NCBI GenBank assembly: GCA_951406725.2
Contig: OX597823.1
Coordinates: 47,368,001 to 47,432,000 of the forward strand
DNA: 64,000 nucleotides
Direction: 5' to 3'
From: Octopus vulgaris
Lineage: Eukaryota
The number at the start of each line of letters is the position of its first letter. The stretch's first letter is position 1. Of this stretch, positions 51,548-64,000 are shown piece by piece. Below the pieces are notes generated by a model. The model had not been told where the DNA came from. It worked only from the letters and a program-made list of their open reading frames with translations, and searched no databases. Both the position numbers and the translations under genes were made by a program.

Positions 51548-53857
51548 GCTGTTTAGATTGATTAGTGTTATCTTCTAAGATAATGGAACTGAACATCCCT
51601 CCAAATTGGAGGAATAACACCAACAACAACCAACATGCTTACATGTGACAAGTGCAAAGACAGCTGTACACAGACTCACTGATACTAGACGGTCTTGTTC
51701 CAGTCATGGCTCTTCCTCCTGGGAATGAGTTTGTTTTTTAACTTAATTGTGCCTGCCCAAATGCATCAGTAATGTTTCCCATATGGCAGTAAGGTGAACA
51801 AATATTTGTGTGTGCGTGCGTGCGTGCGTGTGTAAACACACACATATGTATGTACATCTGTTTGACGAGTCCCGTCACTACTCAGTGTCTCCCTTGTGTA
51901 CATCTGTTCAGGAAGAGAAGAAATTATCTAATGAACACAAGCAAGTGCTGATATGATTCATTAGCTAACTTTGACAGAATGAAGGCACTCTAGCACCTGT
52001 GTTGAGTGTGTTCTTTCCCTTTCCCTTCTGTGTACTGACACACACACACACACACATACCCACATGTGCACACACATACATGGCATCATTGTCATCATTC
52101 TCATCACCATAATTTTTAGGTTTGCTGCCTTTTTTTCCTGCTAGCACGGGTTGTAGCTGTTCCTTAAAGCTTGACACCCTTTTTGACATGCACCCTTCTT
52201 CTACAGCCTGGCAAGCTTCTACAATGTCAGTGAATGTGTGTTTTTTTTTTTGTTTTGTTTTTTTAATTATTTCCTCTATACCAAAATGTGAATTTTGTTT
52301 GAACAGCTGACAACTGTGTGTGTAGCATAGACATTAGGCTCCATTCCATTATCTGCTTTGGAGCTTGGTGCAGTTCCCTTGGCTTTCCAGCTTCTGTCGA
52401 ACCATCTAACCCATGCCAGCATGAAAGACAGATGTTAAACGACGAAGATTATACCTATATATATATATATATATATACATTCTGTGTTCAAATTTTGCTG
52501 AGGTCCTTCATGATTTCAGGGTCAGTAAAATAAGTATTAGTTGAGCACTGGAGTTGATGTAATTGACATACCCCCATCTCATGAAGTTGCTGGCCTTGTG
52601 CCAAAATTTGAAATCATTATCATCATCATCATCATCATTATTAAGGCAGTGAGCTGGCAGAATCGTTAGCACATGGGCAAAATGCTTAACTGCATTTTTA
52701 TCTGTCTTGATGTTCTAAGTTCAGTTTCTTTTGAGGTCAATTTTGCCTTTCGTCCTTTCAGAATCTATAGAATAGGTACCAGTTGAACACTGGGATAAAT
52801 ATAATCGATTTGCCTCTTCCCCTGAAATTGCTGGCCTTGTGCCAAAACTTGAAGTCATTATCATTATTATTAATATTATTATAAAATTCACTCAGAAAAA
52901 AACCAATGATTTCCTTGCCTGTTTCAAACGGTGTCTTTCTCTCTATTTACTATGTCAATTTTGTACATGCAACATGGCAACAGGTGTGGTTGATATGACC
53001 CACTGAATGCAATCAAGCATAGAAGAACAGCTGTTGAATTATATAATGATGATGATGATGATCACAATGATGATGATGATGATCATGATGGTGATCCTTA
53101 CCCAGTCTGTATACATACATTTGTTATTTTTTATATTGAATATGTAATGCTTCATTTAAATACTAAGCTGTTGTGTTTCTTGCCTAAATCTCATATCTAA
53201 ATCGTTTCTCTTAATTATATACATCTAGTCTGACAAATCATATCTTAGTCACATATAGAATCTCTATCGTTTTTTTTTTCTTTGGGTTTTGTTTTGCACT
53301 TTTTTTTCTTACCTTTTCTTTTCTCATGGTAAATCTAAGAATACAAATACAGTTTCAGAAATCTCATAACATTAACTTGCAATGAGAAGAAAATTCAAAA
53401 TTTTTTGGTGACAGAAAAAGAACCATGCCTATAACAAAATTAAAACTCTCTTTCCAATAGCTCTAGCATTATCTGTTTTTCTAACCTTATTAAAAATTTT
53501 TTTGCTAAACCAGACATCGACTAATTTTCTCAAATCCTCATGCTTTACTTCAGTGTACAAATAGCCAGCACAAGCGACAGATATTGGAATATGTGACTTT
53601 TCTTATAGAAAATATTTCAATCATATTGGTGGAAGATGCAATGAACAATAAGTTGAATTATATATATGTATATATATAAAAGTGTCGACTAAAGTTTAGC
53701 TCAAAATTTAACAGTTCTTCGGTGTGTAGCAGATGTTGTGAGAGGTACATGAAATGTTGAGTTTGATATGAATAAATTTACCAAGGCTGTGAGAGTATTA
53801 GCAAGTACTGTGAAAGTGAAGTATTGATTTCTGTTGACTAGTCACCAGAAAATTTAA

Positions 53858-53897
<40 letters not shown>

Positions 53898-54003
53898 CTA
53901 TAGTTACCTGAACCAGGACATTGAAGGATCACAGTTTGTTGACGTTCTAACACACCAATACATGAAACATCACCCCTAAACTCATGTATGTAACAGCCTA
54001 GAC

Positions 54004-54313
54004 CAGTGCTACTCAAAGTGGTGGTCTGCTGACTGGTGCCAGTCCGCGAGCCATCAGCTGCCAGTACATGGTGAGTTACCAGAAAAGAAAGAAACATCAT
54101 AAAATGCTTATAAATACTTATGTATTATTGTATTTGTTTACAAAATAATATAAGACAAAAAAAATTGTCAACTTTTATTATATATATATATATATATGTA
54201 TATATATGTTGTTTCCGGTATAAATTAATATTACTAAGAAATATTATGGACCCTGGCACATTGGAAAAAAAAAATCTGCCAGTATGCCACATCAGATAGT
54301 TTGAGAAGCACTG
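54004..54313. mobile_element. hAT (Charlie-like) MITE with a perfect 8-bp TSD
   Basis: TIRs CAGTGCTACTCAAA / TTTGAGAAGCACTG; TSD GCCTAGAC at 53996-54003 and 54314-54321. Confidence 0.9.
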
Positions 54314-55134
54314 GCCTAGACTGTCATTACACTAGCATCCCCACAATACCATCTTTCCCACTCAGCACAGACAAAGCATAAATAAGCATATACACACAGA
54401 ACTAGCTGCAGTTTCAATAGCCTAATTAGTCCTTAAATGTTGTGCTGGGATGCACACGAACAATAATAAATGCAGCGCAACAGCAACTGCTACTCTGTGA
54501 CCTAGTCTGTCTTGCATGGTACAGCTGTAGCCACTGCTCGGAGCTTCTGTGTTGTTACTCATCCTGCTAGAAATAGCAACCATACCTCCTTCACATCGTA
54601 CTTTACATTAGTCAATGAACTAATCCTTCTTTTTTCAAGATGATAGTCAAGAGTAAATATATGTACCTTGAAAAAAATGTGTGTTTGGAATAACTTTGGT
54701 AATAAACCTGTTCATTTAAGACCAACTTGTGGAGTAGATCACAACAAGAGCAACTAGCTGACTGTACAGAATTGTAAGAACACTAGATGAAATACCTTGT
54801 GGTATTTATTCTGTCTGTTTGTGTTCTGAGATCAAGCCACATACAGGCCAACTTTACTTTACACATCCTTCTAGGATTGAAAATGTTGCTGTCTTAGCAA
54901 TGAATGGCTGGAATATTTAGAGCTACATATAGGATGCAGCAGGACAGTGAAGAGAAAAGGCATGACCCTGTGGTAAAGAAGCATGTTTTGCAATCACATG
55001 GTTTTGGTTCAATTCTGTTACACAGCACCTTCAACAAGTGTCTTCTACAATAACCCCTGGCTAGTTAATGCTTTGTGAGTGAATTTGATTGACAGTATCT
55101 GTGTGGAATCCTACACACATACACGCGCGCATGC

Positions 55135-55169
<35 letters not shown>

Positions 55170-56524
55170 GGGTGCATAAGATATTTGAGGATAGATTTAT
55201 GTTTATAAAAAAAAACATATACAATAACAGATAACTTTATTTATCAAAAAATGCTATGAGGATAAAAATAACCCTTCATTTCTATAATGTTATTCAATAA
55301 TGCCACACCCTGTTCAGTCTCATGTAACCTCATCCAAAATTGAGACAAGCACCCACATTTCCATGTAGCATGTTTGAACAATTGTAAAGACCTCTTCACA
55401 TGAAACCATTGGTTGCCATGTTAACCTATAAATAAAGTGTGTATGTATACATATACATACACATGTGTTTGTTTATGTATGTACGTATGTATAAGGGGTA
55501 TGGTATAATAGCCAGTACATCAGCTCTGAAACTGAAAGCCTAGTGAGCCACTGCTGACTTCTTCCATACCAAATGCCTGTCCAATCAGCGTTGAACCTAA
55601 TCTACACTGATAATAACAACAACAACAACAACAACAACAGCTTAGTATAGTATTGAGACTTATCCTGGAGGGATGAAAGGCTATGAGAAACTTTGCCAAC
55701 AATTGAAATCTGAACCAAAAGAAATAAATTAAAATGTGACCATATTGCTGCAGAGTGAAGCAAGATAGTATATATTAAATCTTGACTGTATTGGTGAGGA
55801 GTAAAGCAAGATAAAATATATTAGACCCCAAATAGATTAATAATGGAACCAGACCCTCTCTAAGCAGAGTTTAATTGACTGGATTTGCAGACAAGTGGTT
55901 AATGCCCTTTGTGTGTGGCATGTCAAAAATAGGCAGCAATAAGTTTCCAGAGAATTGCAACTGTTACACAGCGTTTCCATTATTAGACTTGACCTCTTCT
56001 GCAGACTCTGCTGTGCTTGGAAACTGCTGCTGCTGCTGCAATCACTAGTACCATCACCATTTTTACAAACAGCTTCGCTCCTCCACCCAGCAAACGTCCA
56101 CCATCTGCAATATCACCCCCCCCATACACATACATGCTGTTACTACAACCAGTACCACTAATACCACCAATCACTAACACCCGCTACTACTACCACCACT
56201 ACCAACACTACTGCCACTACCACCATCATCACCACCTCCACCACCACCACCACCTTTAAATTTGAATAGGGATAAGCACAGTACTTAAAAGCAGGATGAT
56301 TGAAGCAAAACTCTCTACATGATAATATTTAAATATCAAATGTTCTTAAATTTCATAGCTCTTGGTTTAACTCAAACCACAAGGCCGTCTACGCCACTGC
56401 TCCCACCCCACAACCTAACTCACTATTGCTTTTTTTTTTTGCTTTTTTTTGTTATCCTTACATTGGTGAATGTTACGGGTGGTTTACTGAAATGTTACAA
56501 TTCAATGCAAGATGTCTGTATATC

Positions 56525-56754
56525 TTTTCCTTTTTATCTTCCGCTTGTTTTCTGTCGTTAGACTGTGGCCCTGCCAGGGCACTGCCTCGAAGAAACGTAA
56601 CCAGTTGAATCAACCTCAGTACTTGATTTTAATCTGGTTCTTATTTTATTGGTGTCTTTTTGCCAAACTGCTAAGTTACAAGGGTGTAAATACACCAACA
56701 GTGTCAAGCAGTGTTAGGGGACAAACACAGACGGACACATACACACACACACAA

Positions 56755-56785
<31 letters not shown>

Positions 56786-56905
56786 TATGTATATGACGGT
56801 CTTCTTTCTAGACTATAGAAGAACACTTTACCAAAGAACCGTACAGTGGGACTGAACCCAGAACCATGTTGCTGAAAAGCAAACTTCTTACCACACAGCC
56901 ACACA
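56525..56905 (-). mobile_element. SINE family A copy inserted within the 3' arm of hairpin 2
   Basis: Reverse-complement match to 37266-37640, with internal (CA)n. Confidence 0.8.
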
Positions 56906-57981
56906 GCAAATACCATGTTTGACACAAACCATTGCTGAAAGAATGTCTCCTTAATTCCATTACAATAATGAACTCAAACATGTCTTGATATCGCCTCTTT
57001 TTGCTTTTTATTTTTGGTCTGCCTATTTCTCCCATCCCTCTCCCCTCTCTTCCTATTTGTCTCGTTATTTAGTTCGTTCGTATAGTTTAATTTTATTGAT
57101 TATTTTGTTCTTGTTTTTTTTTTGGTTTTTTTTTTTCCTATTTTCTTCATCTTAAGAACAATCCACCATCAGACTACAGTGCATAAAAAAAAATACATAT
57201 ATATATATATATATAGAAATAAACCGAAAGAAAAACAAAAAAAAAACAATGGCTGACGTAAAAAAAAAAAAAAAAATTTAATGCAAAAGAATAAAACGAA
57301 AAAAAAACAAACAGATAAACAAGCAAAACAAAAACAAAAACAAAAAAAAAATCCCCAAGTTCTTTTGAGCTGTTAAGAATCATGCGTAACCATAACAGTA
57401 GAAAGTGTGAGTATGTGTACCGACTGGTTTGTTATTGGACTATTTATAATGTTGACCTATTGTTTAGTTATACATGGCTAAAGGGAGGCCAACAACGAGC
57501 TGAGCAATCGATTTCAATCGGAGCTAATCTGAAATCATTTAGTATAACACAAGCATTTGATTATTGGATGGTATGGCTGCTTGTATTGCAGAGATGCCGA
57601 CAAGAGGGAGAGACCGGCAGACAAACAGACAGACAGGGACAGGGACGAGGAGAGAGAGAGAGAGATTGAGCGAGGGTGAATGAGATTGTACGGATCAGTT
57701 TGTTCTGGTTACATTTAAAAGTCTATTTTATATGGATAAAATAAAACATAATGTGTGATGTTATATCTAACTTCCTGTCTTATCATGTGACCACAGCTTC
57801 CTGCCACAGGCCTGGCATTTGTCACTGGCAGCAGCTGCAGTCTAGAATCTATCATCAGCTACACACACACACACATAGACACGCACATACATTCTGTAAT
57901 GTGTGTGTGTGTGTATACATGTATATATGTGTGTTTGTGTGCATGTATATATACATTTATATATATATATGTACATATGCA

Positions 57982-58015
<34 letters not shown>

Positions 58016-58195
58016 GATGTGTGGTGTGTATATGTGTGTATGTATATATGTGTGTGTATATGTACACACACACATGTATATATATGTGTGTGTGTGTGTG
58101 TGACATATATACATATCCTGACACACTCTCATATTAAATTGTATTTGTCGCACACACGCACGCATGCAGTGACATAAATGCACAAATATTAAAAT

Positions 58196-58230
<35 letters not shown>

Positions 58231-58558
58231 AGAGCAAAAGATCATGAAGGGATCTGTAGCATGTGCATGCGTGACTGTACGTGTGTGTGTGTTTCTGTGT
58301 GTGTGTCATTGAATGTTTAAATGAGTTTGTGTATGCATATCCTCTGTCCAAAAAGGTTAAACCCTCAATTAATATCTTTGCTTGTCTCTTCTCTGCTCAA
58401 ATAGCTTTATTCCTCTCAGCTCTTTCAGAACTTGGAGGAAGTTACAGAGACTTAGGAAATCCTTAACTAACACTCCTCTAACTTTATCATTGCACACAAA
58501 CACACACTCATGATAACGCATGGAATGTGTGTGTGCGTGTGCGTCTGTGTGCGTGTGC

Positions 58559-58598
<40 letters not shown>

Positions 58599-59317
58599 TA
58601 TACATGTATATACATATATGTGTACATACATATAAACACATGCATATATATATATGTATGTATGTATATATCATCATCATTGTTTAACATCCGGCTTACA
58701 TTGCTGGCATGAGTTGGACGGTTTGACAGGAGCCAGCCAGGTAGAAGAAAGACTACACCAGGCTACTGTGTCTGTTTTTGGTATGGTTTTTACGGCTGGA
58801 TGCTCTTCATAACACCAACCACCCAACAGAATATTCTGAGTGCTTTTTTCGTGGCACCAACACAAGTGAGGTTAGTTTTGGCATGGTTTTTACAGCTTCC
58901 AAATGCCAACCGCTTCTCAGTGTTGATTGCCTGCTCTCCATGATAGCATGGTTTCTATGGCCGGGTGTCTTTCTTAGCACCAACCACTTTACAAAATATT
59001 CCAGACTCATTGTTTTTCATAGCACCAGCACTGTAAAGGTTGTCTTACTCTCAGCATGATTAAAGCTGAAATCCTGCATTATTACTGTTTAAATTACCTA
59101 CCTAACATATGGAGTGTATTTTATTGGGTGTTCTTGATGGTGCCAGTACTGTTGAAGTGGACTAGCAATTTGGAGGACAAAATGAGAGCTAGCATCTCTT
59201 GATTTATACTGGGATGATGGTAATGGAAAGAATAACAAAAGGAATGGTGGGGATATATATATATATATTTTTTATTCATGATATATTTATATACATATGT
59301 ATATATATTCATGTGAA

Positions 59318-59640
59318 GGTGCATGGCTCACTCGTTAGAGCGTTGGGCTCACAATCATGAGGTAGTGAGTTTGATTCCTGGACTGGGCTGTATGTTGTGT
59401 TCTTGAGCAAGACATTTTATTTTACATTGCTCCAGTTCACTCAGTCGTAGAAATGAGTTGCGACGTCACTGGTGCCAAGATGTGTTGGCCTTTGTCTTTC
59501 CATCAGTGGTATGGAGAGTGGAGGGTGGTATGCATGAGCGACTGCTGGTATTCCATAAACAACCTTGCCCGGACTTGTTCATTGGAGGGGAACTTTCTAA
59601 GTGCAATACCATGGTCATTCATGACTGAATGGTGTCCTTA
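59318..59640 (+). mobile_element. tRNA-derived SINE, family C
   Basis: Paralogue of 16640-16962. Confidence 0.8.
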
Positions 59641-60459
59641 TATATATATATTCATGATGAACCCCACAAAGGGGTGAAAACAATCAATAGTTCTTATCTA
59701 AATTCTGACTACCTTCCTTCTTCTTAATATATAAGAGCTGTACACCATATCAAACAATCTATACATTCACACGCAAACTGTCTGTTCATATGTACTGTTG
59801 TCTTGACAAGACATGATGGCTGTAAATGAGCATCACTGTCATACAAGTGGGGTGTTAGTTTCCAGCCTTTAGTGGGAAATATTTCTGGCCAAAGAGAAAT
59901 TAACTTGCTTGGACAAATGTGAACCCTTCACGACAGGATTGGCATCCAGCCATACAAAGGTTTTCTTCAACTGATTCCATCTGACCCAAGCTAACATGGA
60001 AAAGTGGACATTAAAACAATGATTATGATGCATATGTCTTTTACATGTTTTATGTGGAATTATGTATGTGTGTATGTGTGTGTGTGTATATTCTTTTGCT
60101 CATTACAGTCATTTGACCGCAGCTATGCTGGAGCACCACCTTTAGGGGTTTTAGTCAAACAATTCAACTCCAGGACTTACTTATTAAGCCTAGTACTTAT
60201 TCTATCAGTCTTTTTTGCTGAACTGCTAAGTTATAGGGGCATAAACATACCAACACCAGTTGTCAAGCAGTGATGGGGGAAACAAAGACACACACACAGA
60301 GGCTTCTTTCAGTTTCTGTCTGCTGAAATCTGCTTACAAGGCTTTGGTCTACCTGAGGTTATAGTAGAAGACACTTGCCCAAGGTGCCATGCAGTGGGAC
60401 TGAACCCAGAACCATGTGGTTGAGAAGCAAGCTTCTTACCACACAACCATGCCTGCACC

Positions 60460-60461
60460 TA

Positions 60462-60520
<59 letters not shown>

Positions 60521-60800
60521 ATATTGATCTATCTATCTTTATATATATATATATTTTATGTATGTATATATATATATATGTATATATATCTATATATATA
60601 TATACATATCTGTATATATATATATGTATATATGTATATATATATATATATGTGTATATATGTATATATATATATATATGTGTATATATATATATACATG
60701 TGTATATATGTATATATATATATATATATGTGTATATATATATATACATATCTATATATATATATGTATATATGTATGTATATATACATATACATGTGTA
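60460..60800. repeat. (TATC)n followed by a compound (TA)n/(TG)n microsatellite
   Basis: Direct inspection; source of several YI-repeat ORFs. Confidence 0.95.
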
Positions 60801-61322
60801 CACATTGTAATGTCGATTTTACTTCTTTCCTCATTTAAATCATTATTTTTACTATTCACTCTGTACTGCTTATGTTAAGCCTATTTGGATCTTGCCTTGG
60901 CGTTGAGAAGAGTGCCGCCTTTGTATCAGTCGAAATCTTACCAATCTACCTTCAGTTTTGGAATACTATACTAGCCGGGAACCTGCATGATATGCTAATG
61001 AGGTGATCATCAGAATTATAATTATCCCCTCAATCTATATACATAAACATGCATGGAGAGAGAGAGAGAGATATATACACGTGTGTATATATATATATAT
61101 CTATATATATACACATACACATGTATGTATATGGAAATAATATGTATAAATGTCTATATACATGTGTGTGTGTGTGTGTGTGTATGTATACATATTACAT
61201 ATATATGTATTATGTATATGTGTGTATGCATTGTATGTATATATATACATATACATATATATATATATACAATATAAATATATGCATGTATACATACATA
61301 TATGTACATACCTACAAATGTG

Positions 61323-61371
<49 letters not shown>

Positions 61372-63071
61372 AGCTGTAATATTTTACCTCTAACAGGATA
61401 GTAGAGATAAATCATCACTTAGCTCCTTCATTTATATTCCCAACCGATTAATGTGATGACATGTGATAGAAACAAAACTTTTCTCTCTCTCAAAAAAAAA
61501 AAAAAAGAAAGAAAGAAGAAAAATAGAAAAGAAAAAGGAAAAAACCCAAAGTGTAAAAAAAAAAAATGGGAAAGAAAGAAATATAAATATAAAAAAAAAT
61601 AACAACAAGCCAAACAATAAATCAGAATTCTTTGCTAATCAATCCCCTACATGCTCTAGGAACCTGCTGAGATAATATTGTTCAAGTTTAAGGTTGTACT
61701 TGGCTTATTTTTTCCCTATCAAATGTTACTGAGGTTTCGAAATTCTCTAATAAGGCCTCCCTGCTGGATGATTAAACATTTTCATGCTATCATCTATGGC
61801 TTCTGATTATTGCCTTGTATTCCTATTTGTTTGTATTGTTTGTATTGTTTGTTTGTTGTTGTTGTTGTTGTTGCTGCAGTGGTGGTGGTGGTTATTACTA
61901 TATATTTTGTCTTTATGATTAAGCTATTTTTTTTTGTTTATATATATATGTATGTATATATATATATTCTTTACAGTGATGAACATTTGATGTCAGTGTT
62001 AATACAATACTTTCAGATGTTATTACATGTTTTGCTTTGTTTTTGTTTTTTGTTTTTTTGTTTTTGTTTTTGTTTTTCTTTTTCTTTTTCTCTTCAGTGT
62101 CAGAATTATGGGGTTGTTATGTGTTATGTTGAACTAAGAAAAATCATTTTACATATATCACTTATTATTATCTTGTCATTTAGTGAATATCAATTTCTTG
62201 CACTGATCTAACCTATATTCAACCGTGCATCCACAGTACCAGCAACTTAACCGTTCTGTCTGCGAGTACACCACCACAAATATATATTACTAAAACTTAA
62301 TCATCATCGTCATTTAACATTTGTTTTCTATGCTCCCATGGGTTCGCTGGGGTGAGAGGATCCAGTGATCCGCAAGGCTGCATCGAGCTTCACCTGTCTG
62401 GTTTGGCACGGTTTCCGTGGCTGGATGCTCTTCCTTAATGCCTTTTCCATTTTACTGGGTTGCTAGGTGATTTTTTTTTTTTTATGTCACTGGCACTAAT
62501 GAAATTATTAAGTAATTTTGCACGACAGGAAAAGGGCTTGCAAATATGAAAAAAGATCTTACTACCAAGTGGCAGGGGTTAGAGGTAGATACATGGCTAC
62601 ACTGCATCATATAGAGGTCAGCTGGAGTAGTTGGGAAGGAAGATATTACCCTAATTCTCAGTCTGTTAGATATTGTATTTTTAAGGATTATGTATCGTGT
62701 ATTGTGTGTTTCTATCATCATCATGTTACTTCTTTTTCTTGTGTCGGCATGGGTTACATGGATGTCGCTATATAATGTCACCACTTGTTACTGTGTTTTA
62801 TCACATAGCACACACAGCCTTAGAGGAAAATCACCAGTCTTTCTTGTTTGCATGTCTTGTGTGCTTGTTCCTTTGTTTGGTGACAATCATCTGCTGTCAG
62901 CATCAGTTAGACAAACATATAATATCGAGGCATTCTTTTACAGCCAGACACCCTTCCACTTCTTAACCCCCTCCCACACACACACACACACACACACACG
63001 CTAACGCCTGATTTGCATACAAATGAGCTTTTCTTTTTAACTTACCTTTAAAAGTACACAACTAGAAGATG

Positions 63072-63118
<47 letters not shown>

Positions 63119-63762
63119 GATTGGCTTCTTTGTGCTTCCACTCACCAAATCCACTCACAAGGCTTTGGTTAGCCTGAGGTTATAGAAGATTCTTGACTGA
63201 GGTGCCATGCAGTGGAACTGAACCGGGAACCACATGGTTGAGAAACAAACGTCTTACCACATAAACCATGCCTGTGCCTATGTCAACGAACATTAATATT
63301 TTTAGCTCACCGCATACAAAATGTAAAATGTAAACAGTAAACACACAGATACAAACATGCACCCTCAGACACATACATACATACACACACGCATGCACAA
63401 CAATTTTTTTACTAAATGCACATCAAAGGTACTAACTGGCTTGAGCTGCAGTGAGACTCAGCTGAAGACTGTGTTTTATGAAAAAGAGCTGCTCAACTGT
63501 ACAGCCTCATAGCTATGCCTACATGTACACATACACACACACTGACACATACACGCACACATACACACTCACGCATTAGCCACTGAGTTATGTTACTTCG
63601 TTATTGTTTTGTTATAATATATATTAGTTCCAGTGTCTTTCATCGAGTATATAAGACTCAGTCTCTCGACTCTACTTCATTACTGAGATACTGAAAAATC
63701 TCTCTCTCCCTCTGTCATATTGTTTGTTTTTATGTTCAGTTATAATAAAATCAATTTCACAT

Positions 63763-63993
63763 GGTGGCGAGCTTGGCAGAAACGTTAGCACGCCGGGCGA
63801 AATGCGTAGCCATATTTCGTCGGCCGTTACGTTCTGGGTTCAAATTCCGCCGAGGTCGACTTTGCCTTTCATCCTTTCGGGGTCGATAAATTAAATACCA
63901 TTTACGCACTGGGGTCGATATAATAGACTTAATCCATTTGTCTGTCCTTGTTTGTCCCCTCTATGTTTAGCTCCTTGTGGGTAATAAAGAAAC
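63763..63993 (+). mobile_element. SINE family B, well-preserved copy
   Basis: GGTGGCGAGCTTGGCAGAAACGTTAGCACGCCGGGCG..., B-box-like GGGTTCAAATTCC, A-rich tail; CpG-rich, so probably young. Confidence 0.85.
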
Positions 63994-64000
63994 AAAAATA

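Larger units (their letters stand above)
49630..63680 (+). other. 3' arm of giant long-range RNA hairpin 2
   Basis: Partner of 27150-48375, with helices in reverse order and SINE/MITE/microsatellite blocks looped out. Confidence 0.75.

Noticed and set aside
55955-56259. Pro/His-rich ORFs (METAAAAAITST...)
   Set aside because: Built from (CTG)n and (CAC/TAC)n low-complexity tracts, starting at non-ATG codons, with no domain.

Overview
AT-rich, microsatellite- and retroposon-dense eukaryotic DNA. The SINE/RTE repeat content looks like octopus (coleoid cephalopod); this is an inference from recognising the repeats, not a database result. I could not support any host protein-coding exon in the 64 kb. 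The ORF track is almost all (TA)n/(CA)n artefact, and the only recognisable protein remnants are two RTE LINE 3' ends (one with three C2H2 fingers) and a mariner transposase fragment. Main observation: the islands of unique sequence between the repeats are mutually complementary in strict nested, antiparallel order. On the + strand they would fold into two giant, imperfect, G.U-rich rod-like RNA hairpins. Hairpin 1 pairs ~170-15530 with ~18550-25610 (about 25 kb span, probably continuing left of the window). Hairpin 2 pairs ~27150-48375 with ~49630-63680 (about 36 kb span, probably continuing to the right). Transposons and microsatellites sit in bulges and apical loops. The pairing was found by eye, allowing G.U, and needs a shuffled-sequence and opposite-strand control plus cross-species covariation. 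It suggests a giant intron or lncRNA under selection for kilobase-scale RNA architecture (splice-site bridging, ADAR scaffold or back-splicing).
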